From Paludibacteraceae bacterium (lineage in GTDB: Bacteria > Bacteroidota > Bacteroidia > Bacteroidales > Paludibacteraceae), in contig CAJOEJ010000002.1 in assembly GCA_905233375.1 (NCBI GenBank), forward strand, positions 6,704 through 70,703: a stretch of 64,000 nt of DNA, given 5' to 3'. Every line of letters starts with the position of its first letter. Position 1 is the stretch's first letter. Under the pieces are notes generated by a model. The model was given only the letters and a program-made list of their open reading frames with translations. It was not told the origin of the DNA and made no database searches. Positions 37,511-47,220 of the stretch are shown in pieces. A program made the translations under genes and the position numbers.

Positions 37511-38305
37511 ATGAAGCAATATTTGGAATTGTGTAAAAGAGTGCTGGAGGAAGGAACTGAAAAGCACGACCGCACGGGAACGGGTACGAAATCCGTTTTC
37601 GGGCACCAGATGCGTTTTCATATGGCGGACGGATTTCCGTTGCTCACCACCAAGAAACTGCATCTCAAATCCATTATCTATGAGCTCTTATGGTTCTTGC
37701 AGGGAGACACCAACGTCAAGTACTTGCAGGATCACGGGGTGCGCATATGGAATGAATGGGCGGATGAGAATGGCGAGTTGGGACCCGTCTACGGGCATCA
37801 ATGGCGCTCCTGGCCCGACTACAACGGCGGGCACATCGACCAGATAGCCAATATCGTGGAGACGATAAAGCATAATCCCGACAGCCGCCGAATGTTGGTA
37901 AGCGCATGGAATGTGGCGGAGGTGGACCGGATGGCGTTACCGCCGTGCCATTGTCTGTTCCAATTCTATGTGGCGGATGGCAAGCTCTCGCTACAACTGT
38001 ACCAGCGGAGCGCGGACATCTTCCTCGGAGTGCCCTTCAACATAGCCAGTTATGCCCTGCTCCTCCAGATGATGGCGCAGGTGACAGGACTCCAATGCGG
38101 GGATTTTGTACACACGCTCGGCGATGCGCATATCTATCTGAACCACTTGGAGCAGGTCAAACTTCAGCTGACCCGCGAACCAAGACCGTTGCCCAAAATG
38201 ATAATTAACCCGGAGGTGAAAGATTTGTTCGGTTTCCAGTATGAAGATTTCCAACTGGAAGGCTACGATCCGCATCCCCATATTGCAGGAACAGTGAGTG
38301 TATGA
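37511..38305 (+). CDS. thyA: thymidylate synthase
   Basis: 264 aa, [26 protein letters not shown]…, with active-site motif …[12 protein letters not shown]…. Confidence 0.95.
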   Translation: MKQYLELCKRVLEEGTEKHDRTGTGTKSVFGHQMRFHMADGFPLLTTKKLHLKSIIYELLWFLQGDTNVKYLQDHGVRIWNEWADENGELGPVYGHQWRSWPDYNGGHIDQIANIVETIKHNPDSRRMLVSAWNVAEVDRMALPPCHCLFQFYVADGKLSLQLYQRSADIFLGVPFNIASYALLLQMMAQVTGLQCGDFVHTLGDAHIYLNHLEQVKLQLTREPRPLPKMIINPEVKDLFGFQYEDFQLEGYDPHPHIAGTVSV

Positions 38306-38796
38306 TATCCATTATCGTTGCCGTTGCAGAGAATAATGCGATCGGAAAGAAAGGCGGTTTGTTGTGCCACATGCCGGATGATTTGAAGCATTTCAAACAA
38401 ATCACAAGCGGCAAGACGGTCATGATGGGAGAGAGAACATTTTTCTCTTTGCCTAAACACCCGCTACCGAATCGCCGCAATATAGTGCTGACAGACGTGC
38501 CCGGCAAAACCTTCGAGGGCGCCGAATCCGTGTACTCGATAGACGAGTTGCTCGCAAAGGTTCAGCCCGAAGAAGAGGCGTTCGTCATCGGAGGTGGAAT
38601 GGTCTATCGCCAGATGATGCCGCTCGCCGACAGGCTCTACATCACGCATATACACCATAGTTGGAAAGACGCAGACACGTTCTTCCCGGAGATCAAGCCC
38701 GATGAATGGGCGTTGGAAAGCGCCGAGAAACACTTGGCAGACGAAAAGAACCCATATGATTTCACCTTTTGCACATATAATAGGATCCGCCGTTAA
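38302..38796 (+). CDS. folA: dihydrofolate reductase
   Basis: 164 aa, [35 protein letters not shown]…. It has an ATGA overlap with thyA. Confidence 0.92.
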   Translation: MISIIVAVAENNAIGKKGGLLCHMPDDLKHFKQITSGKTVMMGERTFFSLPKHPLPNRRNIVLTDVPGKTFEGAESVYSIDELLAKVQPEEEAFVIGGGMVYRQMMPLADRLYITHIHHSWKDADTFFPEIKPDEWALESAEKHLADEKNPYDFTFCTYNRIRR

Positions 38797-40858
38797 TATC
38801 CGCGAGCAACAGGTAGCGGCGGTACTGGCGTTACTGGATGAAGGAGCGACGATTCCGTTCATCGCGCGGTATCGTAAGGAGAAAACCGGCAGTATGGACG
38901 AAGTGCAGATTGCTGCCATCCAGACACAATACGCTAAGTTACAGGAACTGGCAAAGCGCAAAGAGACCATCTATGCGCGGTTGGACGAATTGAATATAAC
39001 CAATGACGAATTGCGTCAACGTATCGCCGAGTGCTGGGACGCAACGGAACTGGAGGATATATACCTGCCCTATAAACCGCATCGCAAGACACGGGCGGAC
39101 ATAGCCGTCGAAAAAGGCTATCTGCCCTTGGCGGAAGAGATATTGAAACAGCGCCCGATGACGCTTCCCAAAGACGAAGAAGCCCTGCAGGGAGCACGCG
39201 ATATTATCGCCCAGCGGATTGCGGAGGACGAGAAAAGCCGTAACGCCATTCGTCGGGAGTTCACCTATACCGCCCTGCTCACGACCAAGGCGGTCAAGAG
39301 TAAATGCGACGCACCCGAAGCGCTGAACTACAAGGATTACTTTGATTTCAAGTGCCCGCTCAAACATATCCGGAGCCACCAGTTACTGGCGATCCGCCGG
39401 GCGGAGAATGAAGGATATCTCCGTGTGGACATCTCGCCGGATACGGAGAAGGCGCTTGACAAACTGGCGCACATATGGCTTCGCGCCTCGAACGACACCG
39501 CATACCAGGTGGAGATGGCGATGGAAGACGGATACAAGCGCTTGCTCAAACCAAGCATCGAGACCGAGTTCGCTGCCCTATCCAAACAGAAAGCGGACGA
39601 AGAAGCCATACGCGTCTTTGCCGACAACCTCCGCCAGTTGCTCTTGGGGGCACCGCTTGGACAGAAACGGGTATTGGCGCTCGACCCCGGATTCAGAACG
39701 GGGTGCAAAACCGTCGTGCTGAACGAGCAGGGAGACCTGATCATGCACGATGTGATCTTCCTGCATAATCTGCAAAGCACGAAGCGTTTGCAGGAACTGA
39801 TAGAGAAATACAAGATCGAAGCTATCGCTATCGGAAACGGAACAGCAAGCCGCGAGACGGAGCAGATGGCGAGAATGGTGGTGGAGAATATAAAGTCGGG
39901 CGTTGACAAAGCACCGCAGATCTTCGTTGTGAGCGAAGCGGGAGCTTCGGTCTATAGTGCCAGCAAAACGGCGAGGGAGGAGTTTCCCGACGAGGACGTG
40001 ACGGTTCGTGGAGCGGTAAGTATCGGTCGGAGGCTGATAGACCCCTTGGCGGAACTTGTGAAGATAGAACCCAAAGCGATCGGTGTCGGGCAATACCAGC
40101 ACGACGTGGATCAGACAGCCCTCCGCGAGAGTCTGCAACAAACGGTGGAGAGCGTGGTCAATTATGTCGGGGTCGATGTCAATACGGCAAGCAAGCACCT
40201 GCTGACATACATCTCCGGTCTTGGACCGACATTAGCGCAGAGTATCGTCGATTATAGAGCGCAGAATGGAGCGTTCCGTAGCCGCAAAGAGTTGCTCAAA
40301 GTGCCCAAATTGGGAGCCAAGACCTTTGAACAAGCGGCGGGATTCTTGCGGCTGAAAGGTGCGAACCCGTTGGATAACAGCGCCGTACACCCAGAGAGTT
40401 ACGCAATCGTGGAGAAAATGGCGAAGGATCAGGGATGTTCCGTAGCAGACCTGATAGCCGACAAGACGATAAGGGAACGGATCGATTTGCAGCGGTATGT
40501 CACATCCGAAGTCGGACTACCTACTCTGACGGATATCATAAAGGAACTGGCGCAACCCGGTCGTGACCCGCGCGGAGAAACAGAGGAGTTCCGTTTTGAC
40601 GAAACGGTACACACGATAGAGGATCTCAAACCCGGAATGGTGTTGCCGGGAATAGTGACCAACATAAGTGCCTTTGGCGCCTTCGTGGATATAGGCGTAC
40701 ACAAAGACGGACTCGTGCATATATCCGAAATGGCAGACAGACGGGTTAACAATCCGCAGGAAGTTGTCAAACTGCACCAGCATGTGAACGTGCGCGTATT
40801 GGATATCGACTACGCACGCGGACGAATACAACTCAGCTTGAAAGGAATGAAAAACTAA
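38756..40858 (+). CDS. tex: Tex-family transcription accessory protein (S1 RNA-binding domain)
   Basis: The conserved N-terminus is …QQVAAVLALLDEGATIPFIARYRKE…. YqgF/HhH regions and a C-terminal S1 domain (…GIVTNISAFGAFVDIGVHKDGLVHISE…) follow. I use ATG 38756, which overlaps folA by 41 nt. The ORF track opens at 38702. Confidence 0.88.
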   Translation: MISPFAHIIGSAVNIREQQVAAVLALLDEGATIPFIARYRKEKTGSMDEVQIAAIQTQYAKLQELAKRKETIYARLDELNITNDELRQRIAECWDATELEDIYLPYKPHRKTRADIAVEKGYLPLAEEILKQRPMTLPKDEEALQGARDIIAQRIAEDEKSRNAIRREFTYTALLTTKAVKSKCDAPEALNYKDYFDFKCPLKHIRSHQLLAIRRAENEGYLRVDISPDTEKALDKLAHIWLRASNDTAYQVEMAMEDGYKRLLKPSIETEFAALSKQKADEEAIRVFADNLRQLLLGAPLGQKRVLALDPGFRTGCKTVVLNEQGDLIMHDVIFLHNLQSTKRLQELIEKYKIEAIAIGNGTASRETEQMARMVVENIKSGVDKAPQIFVVSEAGASVYSASKTAREEFPDEDVTVRGAVSIGRRLIDPLAELVKIEPKAIGVGQYQHDVDQTALRESLQQTVESVVNYVGVDVNTASKHLLTYISGLGPTLAQSIVDYRAQNGAFRSRKELLKVPKLGAKTFEQAAGFLRLKGANPLDNSAVHPESYAIVEKMAKDQGCSVADLIADKTIRERIDLQRYVTSEVGLPTLTDIIKELAQPGRDPRGETEEFRFDETVHTIEDLKPGMVLPGIVTNISAFGAFVDIGVHKDGLVHISEMADRRVNNPQEVVKLHQHVNVRVLDIDYARGRIQLSLKGMKN

Positions 40859-40865
40859 AAATATG

Positions 40866-40990
40866 GAATTAAGAATTTAGAATTAAGAAAGCGTCCTAAT
40901 GATTTTGGTACAAAACTTAAAGAACCGCACATGTCTTAAAAGTTCGTACTAAACTCCAATAGCCCTTTCTAAATTCTACATTCATAATTC
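40866..40990. repeat. imperfect 26-nt inverted repeat pair (23/26 complementary) flanking a 73-nt core in the tex-ettA spacer
   Basis: The left arm GAATTAAGAATTTAGAATTAAGAAAG (40866-40891) is C-free. The right arm CTTTCTAAATTCTACATTCATAATTC (40965-40990) is G-free. Confidence 0.8.
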
Positions 40991-41002
40991 ATAATTGAAA
41001 TT

Positions 41003-42679
41003 ATGGCAGACGATAAGAAGATTATTTTTTCGATGGTCGGACTAAGCAAGAATTTTGGTCCGCAAAAACAAGTGTTGAAGAACATCTATCTGAGTTTCTT
41101 TTATGGCGCAAAGATAGGTATTATCGGTTTGAACGGCGCAGGTAAATCCACACTGCTCAAGATTATAGCCGGAATTGAGAAAGAGTATCAGGGCGAGGTA
41201 GTATGGAGTCCGGGATACTCCGTCGGCTATTTGGAGCAGGATCCAAAACTGGATCCGGACAAAACAGTTAGGCAGGTCGTGCAGGAAGGTGTGCAGCCCG
41301 TTATGGATATGTTGAAGGAGTACGACGACATCAACATGGCGTTTGCCGAACCCGACGCGGACTTCGACAAACTGCTGGCACGCCAGGCAGAGTTGCAGGA
41401 CAAACTGGATGCCGCCGATGCGTGGAATATAGACCAGAAACTGGACAGAGCTATGGACGCGCTCCGTTGCCCGCCTGACGACGCAAGCGTCACTACCCTC
41501 TCCGGAGGTGAGCGGCGCCGTGTCGCACTATGCCGGCTGTTGTTGCAACAACCCGACGTGCTCTTGCTCGACGAGCCTACCAACCACTTGGATGCCGAGA
41601 GCATCGACTGGCTCGAGCAACACCTACAGCAATATGCCGGCACGGTCATCTGTATCACGCACGACCGCTATTTCCTCGACAACGTAGCCGGATGGATACT
41701 CGAACTCGACCGCGGCGAAGGTATTCCATGGAAAGGCAATTACTCCAGTTGGCTGGAGCAGAAGACCAACCGGATGGCGATGGAGGAGAAACAGGCATCC
41801 AAACGCCGCAAAACGCTGGAGCGTGAGTTGGAATGGATCCGCATGGCGCCCAAAGCGCGTCACGCCAAACAGAAAGCACGTCTGGAGTCATACGACCGGA
41901 TGTTGAACGAGGAGCAGAAAGAGCGTGAGGAGAAACTGGAGATCTTCATCCCCAATGGTCCGCGCTTGGGTAACAAAGTAATCAATGCCGAAGGAGTAGC
42001 CAAGTCGTTTGGAGACAGACTCCTGTTTGAAGACCTCAATTTCATGCTCCCCCCTAATGGTATCGTCGGCGTAATCGGACCAAACGGAGCCGGCAAGACC
42101 ACCTTGTTCCGCATGATCATCGGTACAGAGAAAGCGGATAAAGGCACGTTCAGTGTCGGCGAGACGGTCAAAATAGGCTATGTGGACCAGCAGCATGCCG
42201 ATATAGACCCGAACAAATCGGTTTTCGAGACCATCAGCGGCGGAACGGAGTTCATCCGCGTAGCGGGTCGGGAAATCAACGCACGGGCATACCTCAGCCG
42301 GTTCAACTTCACCGGTTCGGACCAGGAGAAGAAATGCGGTGTGCTCTCCGGAGGTGAGCGTAACAGGCTCCATTTGGCGCTGACACTCAAATCGGAAGCG
42401 AACGTGCTCTTGCTCGACGAGCCGACAAACGATATCGATGTCAATACGCTCCGTGCGTTGGAGGAAGGTCTGGAGAATTTCGCAGGCTGTGCAGTAGTTA
42501 TCTCGCACGACCGCTGGTTCCTGAACCGTATCTGCACGCACATTCTCGCCTACGAGGGAAACGGCAAAGTGTTCTGGTTTGAAGGCAGTTATACGGAATA
42601 CGAAGAAAACAAGAAAATGCGCTTGGGCGAAGAAGCCTGCGAACCCAAACGGGCGCGTTACCGCGGATTAACGGATTAA
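41003..42679 (+). CDS. ettA: ABC-F ATPase, energy-dependent translational throttle EttA
   Basis: 558 aa with two ABC cassettes (GLNGAGKST / GPNGAGKTT, two LSGGERRR/LSGGERNR signatures). N-terminus MADDKKIIFSM…L.K.. is typical of EttA. Confidence 0.9.
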   Translation: MADDKKIIFSMVGLSKNFGPQKQVLKNIYLSFFYGAKIGIIGLNGAGKSTLLKIIAGIEKEYQGEVVWSPGYSVGYLEQDPKLDPDKTVRQVVQEGVQPVMDMLKEYDDINMAFAEPDADFDKLLARQAELQDKLDAADAWNIDQKLDRAMDALRCPPDDASVTTLSGGERRRVALCRLLLQQPDVLLLDEPTNHLDAESIDWLEQHLQQYAGTVICITHDRYFLDNVAGWILELDRGEGIPWKGNYSSWLEQKTNRMAMEEKQASKRRKTLERELEWIRMAPKARHAKQKARLESYDRMLNEEQKEREEKLEIFIPNGPRLGNKVINAEGVAKSFGDRLLFEDLNFMLPPNGIVGVIGPNGAGKTTLFRMIIGTEKADKGTFSVGETVKIGYVDQQHADIDPNKSVFETISGGTEFIRVAGREINARAYLSRFNFTGSDQEKKCGVLSGGERNRLHLALTLKSEANVLLLDEPTNDIDVNTLRALEEGLENFAGCAVVISHDRWFLNRICTHILAYEGNGKVFWFEGSYTEYEENKKMRLGEEACEPKRARYRGLTD

Positions 42680-42691
42680 GCATTACGGCAT

Positions 42692-43582
42692 ATGTATAAA
42701 CCGCAAGACAAGATGTGCGACTTGATGGCGCACGAGGAAGAAGCGATACAGATTATAAGTCGCTTCGGGCTGGGCATGGGCGTCGGAGAACGAACCATAG
42801 ACGAGGCGTGCGCTGCCTATCACGTCCACACGCCTACCTTTCTTGCGGTGGTCAACTACAAAGTATTCCGCCAGCGCGCCTTGCCCGGCGACATCGACCT
42901 GGATACTTTGCAGATGTACCTGCGCAACGCACATACGTATTTCTTGGATTACCGCTTGCCAGGTCTGCGCGAGGCATTGGTGAAAGCCGTTCAACCGGCA
43001 CAGGCGGATAGCCAGATTCCTACCTTCATCGTGCGGTGTTATGATGAATTTGTGGACGAGATACGTGCCCACATAGCCCATGAGAATGAAGGGTTGTACG
43101 AGGAGCACGAGCACGACGACCAGCGCATAACGGATAAACTGACGGAGATAAAGAACTTGATTATCAAGTATTATCCCGATACGGAAGGAATACCCGCTTC
43201 CCCTGCCAATAACCGGCTACCCATTACCTATCCTCTGATCAATGTAATGAGCGACTTATGGCATACAGAGCAGGATTTTGCGGACCACTGCGCCATTGAG
43301 GATGAGATTCTCCGACCTGCCATCCATGCCGTAAAGGCACGGCGCAAACGAATGTCCATTCCGGAGACCGAAGAACTGAGCGACCGCGAGAAAGATGTAT
43401 TGGTACAGGTAGTCAAAGGGTTGAGTAACAAAGAGATTGCCGATGTGTTGTTTATATCCACTCACACGGTCATCTCGCATCGCAAGAATATTGCACGCAA
43501 GCTGAATATCCATTCAACGGCTGGGCTGACCATCTATGCGATTGTAAACAAACTGGTGGATTTGAACGAGTTAAGTGTATAA
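42692..43582 (+). CDS. LuxR-type HTH transcriptional regulator with ScdA_N/hemerythrin-like N-terminal sensor region
   Basis: The C-terminal part reads …LSDREKDVLVQVVKGLSNKEIADVLFISTHTVISHRKNIARKL…, a GerE/LuxR HTH. The N-terminal ~220 aa is helical with several H/E-rich segments. Confidence 0.78.
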   Translation: MYKPQDKMCDLMAHEEEAIQIISRFGLGMGVGERTIDEACAAYHVHTPTFLAVVNYKVFRQRALPGDIDLDTLQMYLRNAHTYFLDYRLPGLREALVKAVQPAQADSQIPTFIVRCYDEFVDEIRAHIAHENEGLYEEHEHDDQRITDKLTEIKNLIIKYYPDTEGIPASPANNRLPITYPLINVMSDLWHTEQDFADHCAIEDEILRPAIHAVKARRKRMSIPETEELSDREKDVLVQVVKGLSNKEIADVLFISTHTVISHRKNIARKLNIHSTAGLTIYAIVNKLVDLNELSV

Positions 43583-43605
43583 AATTGGTACAAAGCGAAT
43601 AAAAC

Positions 43606-44487
43606 ATGCTTAGGCGCGTAAGTACATATATCCGGCAACGCGGATTGTTGGACAAACAGTTCCCCGTGTTGGTAGCCTTGAGTGGTGGCGCAGACAGCGT
43701 GGCGTTGTTGGACGTCTTGCTCCGCGCCGGTTATACATGCATCGCTGCGCATTGTAATTTTGCGTTACGAGGAGCGGAAAGCGACCGGGATGAGACGTTT
43801 GTTCGCAATCTGTGTACGGAATGGAACGTACCCTTGGAGGTCATTCGTTTTGACACCTTATTATACGCGCGCGATAAAGGAATCAGCGTGGAGATGGCGG
43901 CACGCGAGTTACGCTATACCTGGTTTGAACAGGTCGCCAAAGCCCATGCATGCCAGGCGGTCGCCGTAGCGCATCATCAGAACGACCAGGCGGAGACACT
44001 CCTGCTTAATCTGCGCCGCGGAACAGGCTTGCGTGGTCTGACAGGAATGCGTCCAAGGAGTGTCAACCCCATGGCGCCGGAGGGTATTCCGTTGATTCGG
44101 CCGCTCCTTTGTACCACACATGAGTATATTATCCACTACCTGCGCGACAAGCGGCATATACAATGGGTCGAGGATTCGACTAACAGCGACACCTCTATCA
44201 CCCGCAATGCGATCCGCGAGCAACTCAGACAATACAGCAAATCGGACATCGAGCACATGGCGCAAACCGCTGAATTTATGCAAGGTTACGCCGATATGCT
44301 GGACGGAAAAGATACCCGCGAAGCAGGCATTGCAAAACTATATGAGAGTATTCGCGAATACGGATTCGCCGAAATTGATAAGATTTACGACGCCTTGCAA
44401 CGAGGCGAAGGAGGGAAAACATTCACCTCCAAAACACATAAAGCAACGATAAAAAAAGGACAATTATGTATCACTACGGTATCATAG
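43606..44487 (+). CDS. tilS: tRNA(Ile)-lysidine synthetase (short form)
   Basis: PP-loop motif VALSGGADSVAL and the …AHHQNDQAETLLLNLRRGTG… motif. It is only 293 aa and overlaps aroE by 22 nt. Confidence 0.85.
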   Translation: MLRRVSTYIRQRGLLDKQFPVLVALSGGADSVALLDVLLRAGYTCIAAHCNFALRGAESDRDETFVRNLCTEWNVPLEVIRFDTLLYARDKGISVEMAARELRYTWFEQVAKAHACQAVAVAHHQNDQAETLLLNLRRGTGLRGLTGMRPRSVNPMAPEGIPLIRPLLCTTHEYIIHYLRDKRHIQWVEDSTNSDTSITRNAIREQLRQYSKSDIEHMAQTAEFMQGYADMLDGKDTREAGIAKLYESIREYGFAEIDKIYDALQRGEGGKTFTSKTHKATIKKGQLCITTVS

Positions 44488-45188
44488 GATTTCCACTGCT
44501 CCACTCTTTCTCTGCAAGATATTTCAATGAGAAGTTCACGCGCGAGCACATTGACGCGGAGTACTCCTTGTACTCGGTTAAAGAACTCACGAAAGAGAGA
44601 ATGGACGAATTGGCAAACACGCTGGACGGTTTCAATGTCACCTTGCCCCACAAGCAGGCGGTCATTCCGTATCTGGACCGTCTGGACGACACGGCAAAAG
44701 CCATCGGAGCGGTGAATGTGGTGTATAAACGGGTCGGATACAATACCGATTGTTTGGGCTTCATGGATTCGGTCAAACCGCTGCTACGGACATATGACCG
44801 CCACGCGTTGGTGCTCGGTACAGGAGGAGCGTCCAAAGCCGTTGTATATGGCTTGCGGCAACTGGGGATCACCCCTACTCTCGTCAGCAGGACACCCCGG
44901 GAAGAGATTATCGGATATGCGGACCTGACGGAAGAGATCATGCAGCGTAATACGGTCATCGTCAATTGCACGCCGCTTGGGATGTTACCGGATATTGACA
45001 CCTGCCCGGATATTCCGTACCAATGGATTACGGCACGGCATTTGTTGTACGATTGTGTGTATAATCCGGAACTGACGCTCTTCTTGCAAAAAGGCAAGGA
45101 ACAAGGCGCCACGATTCACAACGGAATGGAGATGCTCACAGGACAGGCAAAAGCAGCATGGAAGATTTGGAATGACGAAATGGAATAG
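44466..45188 (+). CDS. aroE: shikimate dehydrogenase
   Basis: 240 aa: …GIIGFPLLHSFS…FNVTLPHKQ…GAVN…YNTD…LGTGGASKAV…. Confidence 0.88.
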   Translation: MYHYGIIGFPLLHSFSARYFNEKFTREHIDAEYSLYSVKELTKERMDELANTLDGFNVTLPHKQAVIPYLDRLDDTAKAIGAVNVVYKRVGYNTDCLGFMDSVKPLLRTYDRHALVLGTGGASKAVVYGLRQLGITPTLVSRTPREEIIGYADLTEEIMQRNTVIVNCTPLGMLPDIDTCPDIPYQWITARHLLYDCVYNPELTLFLQKGKEQGATIHNGMEMLTGQAKAAWKIWNDEME

Positions 45189-45207
45189 TTTGGATTTTAG
45201 AAGATAT

Positions 45208-46281
45208 ATGAAACGATTTGTATTTCTGCTCATTGGAGCAATAATATGGTGCGCAGGACAGGCGCAGAGCGTGGAGCAGGGAGAACCGGCGATGGTCTAT
45301 TATTCCCCGAAAACGCTGGTGAATGTGGAATTTACCTATACGGTCGAGACCTTGGAACCCGGAGTATTCGCTGCCTATGCCGCGCAACTCTTAGGCATCG
45401 AAAACGCCATTCTCACCAACCAGACGACCTATCAGCTTCAGAAAGCCGTCATTGGTTCTACCACCCTCACAGACTACACGCGTCCCCACAAGATCGTGTC
45501 GGATGGCACGTTCCCGATGCTGTTGAGTATCAACGAGAAAGGACTTCTGACGGGGTATAACTTACCGCCATATGAGAAGAAAGAGGCAAGAAAACACACG
45601 AATCCCGATCCGCGGGACAAACGCCCTCAAAAGAGCATTACTCCGCCGTTTACCGAGGAGATGACCGGAGCTGCTACGACCGCTGCAAAAGCTGAAATTG
45701 TCGCCAAACAGATTTTCCACCTGCGCGAGATGAGAACGTACCTGCTCAACGGAGAGGTGGAACACGAACCCGCCGACGGAGAAGCAATGAAGCAGGTTTT
45801 GGAGGATCTGACGCGTCAGGAAGAAGCGCTGATGACATTGTTCACCGGCAGGAAAAGTCATTGTACGCGCACGAAAACCGCACAGATAACGCCTGTCTTT
45901 GATGCAGAAGGGGAAGACGACATACAGATGAGTTATTTCTTCTTCTCGGAGGAAAACGGATTCACGGACGCCGATAACATTGACGCCGACACCATTGGCG
46001 TGCAACTCAACCTCCATCGTTTGCAACTGACGCAACCCGCTGAAGAACAGAAGAAAAACAAGAAGAAAAATGCACCGGAACTATCCCAACTGGTATATAA
46101 TCTGCCTGGAAACGCAGAGATAGAAGTCATCTACAAGCAACGGAAAATGGCGCAGCAGACGATGCCCGTTGCCCAGTTGGGCATAGACGTGCCTCTGGCG
46201 AAAGAACTCTTCAAAGGTTCGGAGCTCCCTGTAATTGTGATTAGTGAAAAGACCGGTTCTATTCTATCTGTTTCAAAATGA
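45208..46281 (+). CDS. secreted hypothetical protein (probably DUF4831 family)
   Basis: Signal peptide MKRFVFLLIGAIIWCAGQAQS, which is why I chose ATG 45208 rather than the ORF-track start at 45172. It is 4-nt coupled to the next gene. The family name comes from memory of synteny with DUF4835/recN and is uncertain. Confidence 0.65.
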   Translation: MKRFVFLLIGAIIWCAGQAQSVEQGEPAMVYYSPKTLVNVEFTYTVETLEPGVFAAYAAQLLGIENAILTNQTTYQLQKAVIGSTTLTDYTRPHKIVSDGTFPMLLSINEKGLLTGYNLPPYEKKEARKHTNPDPRDKRPQKSITPPFTEEMTGAATTAAKAEIVAKQIFHLREMRTYLLNGEVEHEPADGEAMKQVLEDLTRQEEALMTLFTGRKSHCTRTKTAQITPVFDAEGEDDIQMSYFFFSEENGFTDADNIDADTIGVQLNLHRLQLTQPAEEQKKNKKKNAPELSQLVYNLPGNAEIEVIYKQRKMAQQTMPVAQLGIDVPLAKELFKGSELPVIVISEKTGSILSVSK

Positions 46282-47183
46282 GAAAGATTATATTGATATT
46301 GGCATTCGTGTTGGCGGTCGGAGTACGGGCGCAGGAGATCAACTGCACCGTTACCGTCAATTCCGACATGATTGAAGGCTCGAACAAGCAAGTGTACCAG
46401 ACGCTCAAAACGGCGATTGAGGAATACATGAACCAGAACCGCTGGACCAACATGACCTATGCGGAGAAGGAGAAGATCGAGTGCAGTATGTTGCTCGTAG
46501 TCAAGGAGGTGAACGACAACATGTACACCTGCGAGATGACGTTGCAGAGCCGCAGACCCGTGTATGGAACCACATACACCACGCCCATCCTCAATTTCAA
46601 GGACAACAGTTTTAACTTCACCTATCAGGAGTTTGACCGTATTGAGTGGCAGCAGAATCAGTTCACCACCAACCTCACAGCGATGCTGGCGTACTACTGT
46701 TACCTCATCATCGGACATGACCAGGATAGTTTCCAGCGCTTGGGAGGCACGCCTTTCTTTGAAACATGCGAAGCCATTGTACAGGCGTGCCAATCGGCAA
46801 GCATGGAGAGTATCGAGCAGAAAGGATGGCTGGCGTTTGACAGCAACCGCAATCGTTATGCGCTGATTAGCAACCTATTGGACGAAGCATTCAAGAAATA
46901 CCGCAATTATTATTACGAGTACCATCGTTTGGGACTGGACGAGATGAGCGCCAACGTGACCAACGGTCGCGCACGTATTGCGGAAGGCATGCCTGTGCTG
47001 CGCGAAGCTTACAGGGCAAGACCGGCTACCTACGTTATCAACACCTTCCTCGATGCCAAAGCCGACGAAATAGTGGATATTTTCACAAAGGGAACGGACA
47101 AGGAGAAAAAAGCCGTGTACGATATACTCATGGACATCGACGCGACACGGCAGAACACCTACGACAGGATGAATGAAAAATAA
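46278..47183 (+). CDS. DUF4835 family protein (Bacteroidota-specific, secreted)
   Basis: 301 aa with a signal peptide, then …AQEINCTVTVNSDMIEGSNKQVYQTLKTAIEEYMNQNRWT…, typical of DUF4835. Its conserved position is upstream of recN. Confidence 0.75.
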   Translation: MRKIILILAFVLAVGVRAQEINCTVTVNSDMIEGSNKQVYQTLKTAIEEYMNQNRWTNMTYAEKEKIECSMLLVVKEVNDNMYTCEMTLQSRRPVYGTTYTTPILNFKDNSFNFTYQEFDRIEWQQNQFTTNLTAMLAYYCYLIIGHDQDSFQRLGGTPFFETCEAIVQACQSASMESIEQKGWLAFDSNRNRYALISNLLDEAFKKYRNYYYEYHRLGLDEMSANVTNGRARIAEGMPVLREAYRARPATYVINTFLDAKADEIVDIFTKGTDKEKKAVYDILMDIDATRQNTYDRMNEK

Positions 47184-47220
47184 CCATCATTCTCTGAATC
47201 ATAAATCGTAAACGGACAAG

